From Myxococcales bacterium (GTDB lineage: Bacteria; Myxococcota_A; UBA9042), in contig JBBISH010000052.1 in the NCBI GenBank assembly GCA_037441385.1, positions 1 to 40,909 of the forward strand: a stretch of 40,909 nucleotides of DNA, written 5' to 3'. Numbering within the stretch: position 1 is the stretch's first letter; every line of letters starts with the position of its first letter. The position numbers and the translations under genes were made by a program. Below the pieces are notes generated by a model. That model was given only the letters and a program-made list of their open reading frames with translations, was not told where the DNA came from and made no database searches. This document shows, piece after piece, positions 36,097 through 40,909 of the stretch.

Positions 36097-37501
36097 GCGC
36101 TTGCTCCAGCAATTGTTCCAGGATGTGGCCCACGCGCTCGACGTCGGCCAAGGTCACCGCCGCGGTCAGGCGCACCAGCAGGGTCGCCTCGGGGGCGGGT
36201 GAGAACATGCCGCCGGGCGCGCCGACCAGGCCGTAGCGGGCCACCAGCGCCGAGATCACCGCCTTGGCGTCGGTCAGCGGCCGGCCGTGCTCGTCCTTGA
36301 GCAGGCTGTTGCCGTCGCCGTCGACCAGCCCGGCGGTGCCGTAGAACGAGCCGCCAATCGACAGCGGAATCCCCAGGCGGTCGCAGACGTTGCGCATGGC
36401 GTCGCGGGCGTCGCGCAGGGCCAGGTAGCGCGGGCCCATCGCCGCGTGCAGGCCGGCGGGGAAGGTGTGGAGCGCGGCCGCGACCACCGCCTCTTGCGGG
36501 CGCGGGTACAGGTTGCAGGTCTTCAGGCGCTCGTTGGCGTGGCCGACCACCAGCTTGGCCACCGCCTCGTGGCCGCTGGGCGCGCACCAAATCAGCGAGG
36601 CGGTCTTGTTCTGCGAGCTCGCCACCTTGGTCTCGCCGACCACCAGGCCCACGTAGCCCAGCGCTTCCGGCGCAAGCTTGGCCTCCAGCTCGGCCATCGG
36701 CACGCAAGCCGCGTGACCGCGCGGATCCAAAGGCGAATAGAAGGCGTCGATCACCACCGGCACGCGCGCCGCGGCGGCGGTTTCGGCCAGCTTGACCAAT
36801 TCCTCGCCCGTCATGCCCACGCCGCTGGGGTTGCTGGGCACCACCGGGACCACGCCGATGACGGCGTAGCCGCTGCCCTTGGCAAATTCCAGAGCCGCCG
36901 CCAGTCCTTCCGCGCTGCCTGCCAAGCCGTGACCCGGCACCGCCGGCATGTGGATCAGCTCCAGGTCCAGGTCCGCCGCCAGCGGCTGGTAGCCCGACCA
37001 CGCCAGTGGATCCAGCACCACGGCGTAGGGTGCGGTCAGCTTGCGCGACTTGGCCAGGGCGATCAGGCCGCGGAACGCGCAGTCCAGCACGGCCCGGCCC
37101 GACACCGTGTGCAGCGCCTGGGTGGGGCCGCTGATGCCCCAACTCCGCGCCAGGATGTTCAGCACCGCCGGATACTGCTGCTGGTAGTTGCCCGGGTAGC
37201 CGTAGGCGTCGCCCTTCGTCCTGCGCAGCTCGCTCGCGCCACCAGCCACCAGGCGGTCGCGCGTTTCTTCGATCCAGGCCGCCAGTTCAGGGGCCAGCGG
37301 CTGGCCGACGTCGTCGATGTCGCCCGCCGACTGGTCGATCACCGGCAGGCCGGCGGCGCGGCGATCGCGGGCGAGCTTCTTCAGGTCGGGCAGGGTCGGC
37401 AGTCCGGGCACCGGCACCGACACGCGCGGCTCGCGGAGGCCCGTGGCGCGGGCCACAAAGCGCTCCATGGCTTGGGCACTGGGAGAAAGAGGGGCATTCA
37501 T
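36089..37501 (-). CDS. Fold-type I PLP-dependent enzyme (class I/II aminotransferase-like), divergent
   Basis: PSNPSG, VIDAFYS, putative PLP lysine in GETKV, APGGMF...VRLT; overlaps the ligase-like gene by 8 bp. Confidence 0.78.
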   Translation of the reverse strand: MNAPLSPSAQAMERFVARATGLREPRVSVPVPGLPTLPDLKKLARDRRAAGLPVIDQSAGDIDDVGQPLAPELAAWIEETRDRLVAGGASELRRTKGDAYGYPGNYQQQYPAVLNILARSWGISGPTQALHTVSGRAVLDCAFRGLIALAKSRKLTAPYAVVLDPLAWSGYQPLAADLDLELIHMPAVPGHGLAGSAEGLAAALEFAKGSGYAVIGVVPVVPSNPSGVGMTGEELVKLAETAAAARVPVVIDAFYSPLDPRGHAACVPMAELEAKLAPEALGYVGLVVGETKVASSQNKTASLIWCAPSGHEAVAKLVVGHANERLKTCNLYPRPQEAVVAAALHTFPAGLHAAMGPRYLALRDARDAMRNVCDRLGIPLSIGGSFYGTAGLVDGDGNSLLKDEHGRPLTDAKAVISALVARYGLVGAPGGMFSPAPEATLLVRLTAAVTLADVERVGHILEQLLEQARG

Positions 37502-37650
37502 GGGGATCTCCGTGCGTCGGGGCCGACATGGCGGCCGGGCGGCGACGGTGTAGCAAGTGCGGGCCGTTCGCGCAAGCTTGGCGGCTCAATCGGGAATAGA
37601 TGCAGGGGGATCAAGGGGATGGGGGAGACGGGCTGGAGCCGGAAGACAGG

Positions 37651-37676
37651 GGTGTCAGGTATTGACACTTGACACC
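37651..37676. repeat. Palindromic element GGTGTCAGGTATTGACACTTGACACC
   Basis: GGTGTCA...TGACACC inverted repeat followed by a T-run. Confidence 0.5.
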
Positions 37677-37688
37677 TTTTTCTCAGGG

Positions 37689-37746
37689 GCCGGAGCCGGA
37701 GCCCGAACGTGAGCCTGGGCCTGGACCTGAGCCGGAGCCGGAGCCG
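37689..37746. repeat. Degenerate 6-bp-period tandem repeat (GGAGCC/TGAGCC/TGGGCC)
   Basis: ccggagccggagcccgaacgtgagcctgggcctggacctgagccggagccggagcc. Confidence 0.7.
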
Positions 37747-37759
37747 TGGGCAGGGTGGG

Positions 37760-37857
37760 GATGCGCGTCCCGCGCGTCAGGTTGACGGTGTTTCGGAACC
37801 GTGGGAATCGGCGGGAGAGCCCGAGTAGGGGCGGGCCTCCACGCCCGCCCGGTGGAT
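37760..37857 (+). repeat. Composite REP-like unit, copy 1 (GCGCGTCCCGCGCGTC hairpin + GTAG-REP)
   Basis: GTAGGGGCGGGCCTCCACGCCCGCCC at 37825-37850; homologous to 38847-38939, 39221-39319 and 40621-40719. Confidence 0.85.
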
Positions 37858-37956
37858 ATGGCGGTGAATTCATGGTGGTCGGTGCGGGCACGAACCTGTC
37901 GGTGGCCACGGACCGGGCAGCGCGTTGGGCGCCGACAGGGCGGAATGAGCCGGCGT

Positions 37957-38382
37957 TCAGGCCGCCGAGTCGAGCGTTCGCACGGCGACACCGCTGGTCC
38001 GGGCGGCCCGCGCCAACGCAGTATCCATCGTCGCCAATCCGGCCCCGAGCCGCATGGCCAAGTCCAAGTAGGCGGCATCGTAGGCGGTAAGGCCGTGCGC
38101 CAGAGCCAACTCCGCCACATGCTCCAACGTGCGCGCCGCTTCCAGGGGTTCGACCGCGAGGTTCAGGCCGCGCACCAACGCCACCGCGCGCGCGGCCTGG
38201 CTCGCCGAGATCCGCTGGCGGCGCTGGGCCACGACCAGCACATTCGCGAACTCGTAGGGCCACACGGCCGGGACGTGGCCGGTCGCGGTGGCCAACTCAT
38301 CCAGGACCCGCTCGACCAGGTTGTTCGGCTCGCCCAGCACCCACGCGACCAGGACGGAATTGTCCAAAACGATCGCGCTCAT
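37957..38382 (-). CDS. vapC: VapC-family PIN-domain toxin
   Basis: IVLDNSVLVAW, WPYEFANVL, LTAYDAAYLDLA, LATMD; ATGA overlap with the antitoxin. Confidence 0.93.
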   Translation of the reverse strand: MSAIVLDNSVLVAWVLGEPNNLVERVLDELATATGHVPAVWPYEFANVLVVAQRRQRISASQAARAVALVRGLNLAVEPLEAARTLEHVAELALAHGLTAYDAAYLDLAMRLGAGLATMDTALARAARTSGVAVRTLDSAA

Positions 38383-38633
38383 GCGCGACCCGTGGCAATC
38401 GCCTCGGCGATCTCGTCCCTGGTCAGCGGGCCCTGGCGCTCGGCCACGTCAGCCCGGAGTTGCGCCGCGGCGGTTCGGAGTTCGGCCAGGTCGCGCAGCG
38501 GGCGGGCGGCGACGGGCCGCAGCTCGGCGACGGGCTGGCCGTGGCGGGTAATCGTAAAGTGTTCGCCGCGCTCCACGCGGCCGAGCAGGTCGGCCAGATG
38601 GGTCTTGGCTTCGTAGGCGCCGATCTCGGTCAT
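38379..38633 (-). CDS. Phd/YefM-family antitoxin
   Basis: IGAYEAKTHLADLLGRVERGEHFTITRHGQPVAEL. Confidence 0.93.
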   Translation of the reverse strand: MTEIGAYEAKTHLADLLGRVERGEHFTITRHGQPVAELRPVAARPLRDLAELRTAAAQLRADVAERQGPLTRDEIAEAIATGRA

Positions 38634-38644
38634 GCTGGCCTCGC

Positions 38645-38685
38645 ACTGGTCGGTGTTGGGATTTTCGACCAGTCGACGACCAGTC
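38645..38685. promoter_or_regulatory. Putative toxin-antitoxin autorepression operator
   Basis: ACTGGTCG (38645-52) is inverted to CGACCAGT (38666-73), which is directly repeated at 38677-84, immediately upstream of the antitoxin. Confidence 0.6.
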
Positions 38686-38846
38686 TAGTGGATAGGTCGG
38701 CCCGGGGCAAGGGAAAGCCGAGCTGGGTTCGCTTGCGGTGCTGCTTGGGGCCAAGCGCGAAGGGGCTGCGGATCGAGGTGGTATTCTGTGCCGGGTCGGT
38801 TGATTCGCTTGTGTTTGCAAGCGGCTTTCCGTGCAGGTAACCACTT

Positions 38847-38939
38847 GCGTCCCGCGCGTCAGGTTGACCGCGATTCGCCGCCCGAGAAGTCGTCCGGGGA
38901 CCGGGAGTAGGGGCGGGCTTCCACGCCCGCCCGGTGGAT
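38847..38939 (+). repeat. Composite REP-like unit, copy 2
   Basis: GCGTCCCGCGCGTCAGGTTGAC and GTAGGGGCGGGCTTCCACGCCCGCCC (38907-38932). Confidence 0.85.
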
Positions 38940-39089
38940 TTGCACGTGGCGGCAGGTCGTTTCGAGGTGGTGGGCACCGTGCACGTGGCGCTTGGCGGCG
39001 GGCCGGTCAGCACGGGAGGCGCCAAGAGCGGCTGTGCAGCCCGCCAGAAGGGAAACCGCCAGGAGGAAGAAGGACCCGCCGGAAGGAAG

Positions 39090-39319
39090 ACCCGGCCAAT
39101 GAATTGGCGGGCTTGCATGACGCCGTCGACCTTCGCCGACGTCTTGGTCGTGCGGTTCGTCGGGTGCGGGGCGGTGTCGTTGGCGCGGGTGTTCGTGGCC
39201 TGCACGCATCTGGGTGGGGCGCGCGTCTCCCGCATCAGGGTGACGGTGTTGCGCAAACTCGGAATCGGCAGGCGAGCCCGAGTAGGGGCGGGCTTCCACG
39301 CCCGCCCGGTTGATTTGGC
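39090..39319 (+). repeat. Long composite repeat (CCCGGCCAATGAATTGGCGGG hairpin + linker + GTAG-REP unit)
   Basis: 39090-39196 is identical to 40803-40909; 39221-39319 matches 40621-40719 with one mismatch. Confidence 0.9.
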
Positions 39320-39392
39320 GGTAATTCTTGTCTTACCGGATGGGTACGAGCGCCGTATGTGTGTTGGAAATCTTTGCGATCCGTGGCACTTG

Positions 39393-39448
39393 GCCCTCAC
39401 CCCGCCGCCTTCGGCGGCCGCCCCTCTCCCAACGCTTTGGGCGAGGGG
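39393..39448. repeat. REP-like palindromic element related to 21037-21089
   Basis: GCCCTCACCCCGCCGCC...CCCCTCTCCCAACGCTTTGGGCGAGGGG. Confidence 0.75.
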
Positions 39449-39566
39449 CAAGGCAATTTCACCATACGGATCGCTAACTTCAGTGGGATGGGTCGGCCGC
39501 TGACCGGGGTGGGCGCCCTTCGCACGGCCCCAGAGCAAGCAAACGGTAGGACAGGGTTCTACCGCC

Positions 39567-40190
39567 TCACCGAATCCGATAGCGCAGGCTAAGCAACTCC
39601 CCCGAACGCTCGACCAGGACGGTGACGCGCGCCTTGGTCTGCATCGCGTCGACCAGCAGCAAAGCCTTGTTCGAACTGTCGATTTCTTCGCCGTTCACGG
39701 CCAAGACCACGTCGCCGCTGCGCAGACCCAGTTGCTCCAGCAGCGACCCCGGAACGATCCCCATCACCCGAAATCCCGTGCACTTCCCATCGCGGTAGCG
39801 GGGCACCGCCCGCACCCTGCCGCTGGTCAGGCTCGCGACCTCGACCGCGACGGCTTGGCGGGCCACCTCGTAGCTGCCGTTGCTCAGCCGGCGCAGCGTT
39901 GGCGGGGCGGATTCGGTCGCGTGGGCGGAGGCGTCGGGCTGGACTGCCGCGTGGCTGGGGGCGTACGCCACGGGCAGGGCCTGCTGATCGGGGCGCTGCG
40001 GCAAATCGGTTGCATGTACGGGTAGTTCATGGCGAGCCGGCTGGACGGCCCGGGACCTGCGCAGGGCCGTCGATGCGGGTGGTGCGGTGGATTCGTCGGG
40101 CGGATCGTCGCTGGGAAGTGCGCACCAGACCAGACAAAGAGTGGTGACGAGACCGAGGGCGAGGAGGGTGCGACGTAGGCGTAGGGTCAT
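39567..40190 (-). CDS. Membrane-anchored PDZ-domain protein resembling the C-terminus of type II secretion GspC
   Basis: N-terminal hydrophobic helix, Pro-rich linker, RAVPRYRDGKCTGFRVMGIVPGSLLEQLGLRSGDVVLAVNG. Confidence 0.8.
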   Translation of the reverse strand: MTLRLRRTLLALGLVTTLCLVWCALPSDDPPDESTAPPASTALRRSRAVQPARHELPVHATDLPQRPDQQALPVAYAPSHAAVQPDASAHATESAPPTLRRLSNGSYEVARQAVAVEVASLTSGRVRAVPRYRDGKCTGFRVMGIVPGSLLEQLGLRSGDVVLAVNGEEIDSSNKALLLVDAMQTKARVTVLVERSGELLSLRYRIR

Positions 40191-40475
40191 GAGTTGACCG
40201 GGTGGCCGGTAGGTGGCCGGGGGAGACTGGGTGCAAGAACTGTGCCCTGGCTAGCGATGGTGTTGGTGTTGTGTATCAGTTGGTTAGCTTGCGGTGGCCG
40301 GGCGGCGCGCGAGTCGGTCTGGCGGCGAGTGCCGGAGCTGACGTGGCTTGAGTGACAGATTGGCGTTGGGGGGCTGCTGCCGTGGCCTGGCATGTCACCG
40401 TCGGCGCCACGGGGAACGCTCCTTGGGCTGCGTAGTCTGAGTCAGAGGCGGGCATTCACGCCTGCCATCAAGGAA

Positions 40476-40719
40476 ACCCGGCCAATGAATTGGCGGGCTT
40501 GCATGACGCCGTCGGCCTCCGCCGACGTCTTGGTCGCGCGGATCGCGAGGCCCGTGTTGATCTCGTAGTTGCGGGCGTTCGTAACGCGCGGGGCCTGCGG
40601 TCTGCGGTCCGGGTGGGGACGCGCGTCTCGCGCATCAGGGTGACGGTGTTGCGCAAACTCGGAATCGGCAGGCGAGCCCGAGTAGGGGCGGGCTTCCACG
40701 CCCGCCCGGTTGATTTGGC
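40476..40719 (+). repeat. Long composite repeat, second copy
   Basis: Same hairpin modules as 39090-39319 with a diverged central linker; GTAG-REP at 40682-40707. Confidence 0.9.
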
Positions 40720-40802
40720 ATTGAAGTTAGGTTGTTCTGTGGTGGCGTGGCGTGGCGTGGTCTGGTGGCGTCAGGATAGGCGAACGAATCTGCCAGGAGG
40801 AA

Positions 40803-40909
40803 ACCCGGCCAATGAATTGGCGGGCTTGCATGACGCCGTCGACCTTCGCCGACGTCTTGGTCGTGCGGTTCGTCGGGTGCGGGGCGGTGTCGTTGGCGCG
40901 GGTGTTCGT
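40803..40909 (+). repeat. Long composite repeat, third copy (truncated by window end)
   Basis: 107-bp identity to 39090-39196. Confidence 0.9.

Noticed and set aside
137..37672. Many long alternative-frame and antisense ORFs (e.g. 2724-4454, 12621-14468, 17792-19573, 23137-25329, 26288-28273, 34759-36300)
   Set aside because: They overlap well-supported genes, are Arg/Ala/Gly/Pro-rich and lack motifs; typical shadow ORFs of high-GC DNA.
38630..39538. ORFs spanning the repeat region (38630-39538, 38934-39503, 40442-40699)
   Set aside because: They are translations of the palindromic repeats, and the same peptides recur at each copy.
37760..40909. CRISPR array or integron attC array
   Set aside because: Repeat spacing is irregular (hundreds of bp to over 1 kb), no cas or intI gene is present, and I could not find RYYYAAC...GTTRRRY boxes. 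REP-like repeats fit better.

Overview
High-GC bacterial window. The gene content (Ser/Thr kinase-STAND protein, EGF-repeat surface protein, GspC-like PDZ protein, kamDE) suggests a Myxococcota/deltaproteobacterial genome; this is an inference. 1-19.85 kb is accessory. It holds an EGF-repeat/fibrinogen-like surface protein, a WYL regulator with a VOC gene, an amidase with a LysR, DUF2141/DUF2269 genes, and a frameshifted LysR with a flavodoxin-fold reductase. It also holds a compact seven-gene putative isoprenoid/lipid operon (polyprenyl synthase, three unknown proteins, a CrtC/tocopherol-cyclase-like protein, an SCP2-like protein, and an FAD oxidoreductase with a ~340-aa beta-rich insertion), followed by a convergent kinase-ATPase. 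Two inverted copies of a ~135-bp MITE-like element bracket 6.0-19.8 kb. 19.87-37.5 kb is mostly housekeeping: mutY, kamDE, an MlaC-like/MMPL/lipoprotein operon, an L,D-transpeptidase, a class V PLP enzyme, rnd, xseB, tlyA, and an unusual glutamate-cysteine-ligase-like plus PLP-enzyme pair. 37.6-40.9 kb is a dense mosaic of several REP-like palindromes and long direct repeats enclosing a Phd-VapC toxin-antitoxin pair and an orphan PDZ gene. The best candidate for an undescribed system is the isoprenoid-like operon at 8679-15698. All family calls come from motif recognition by eye; no database searches were run.
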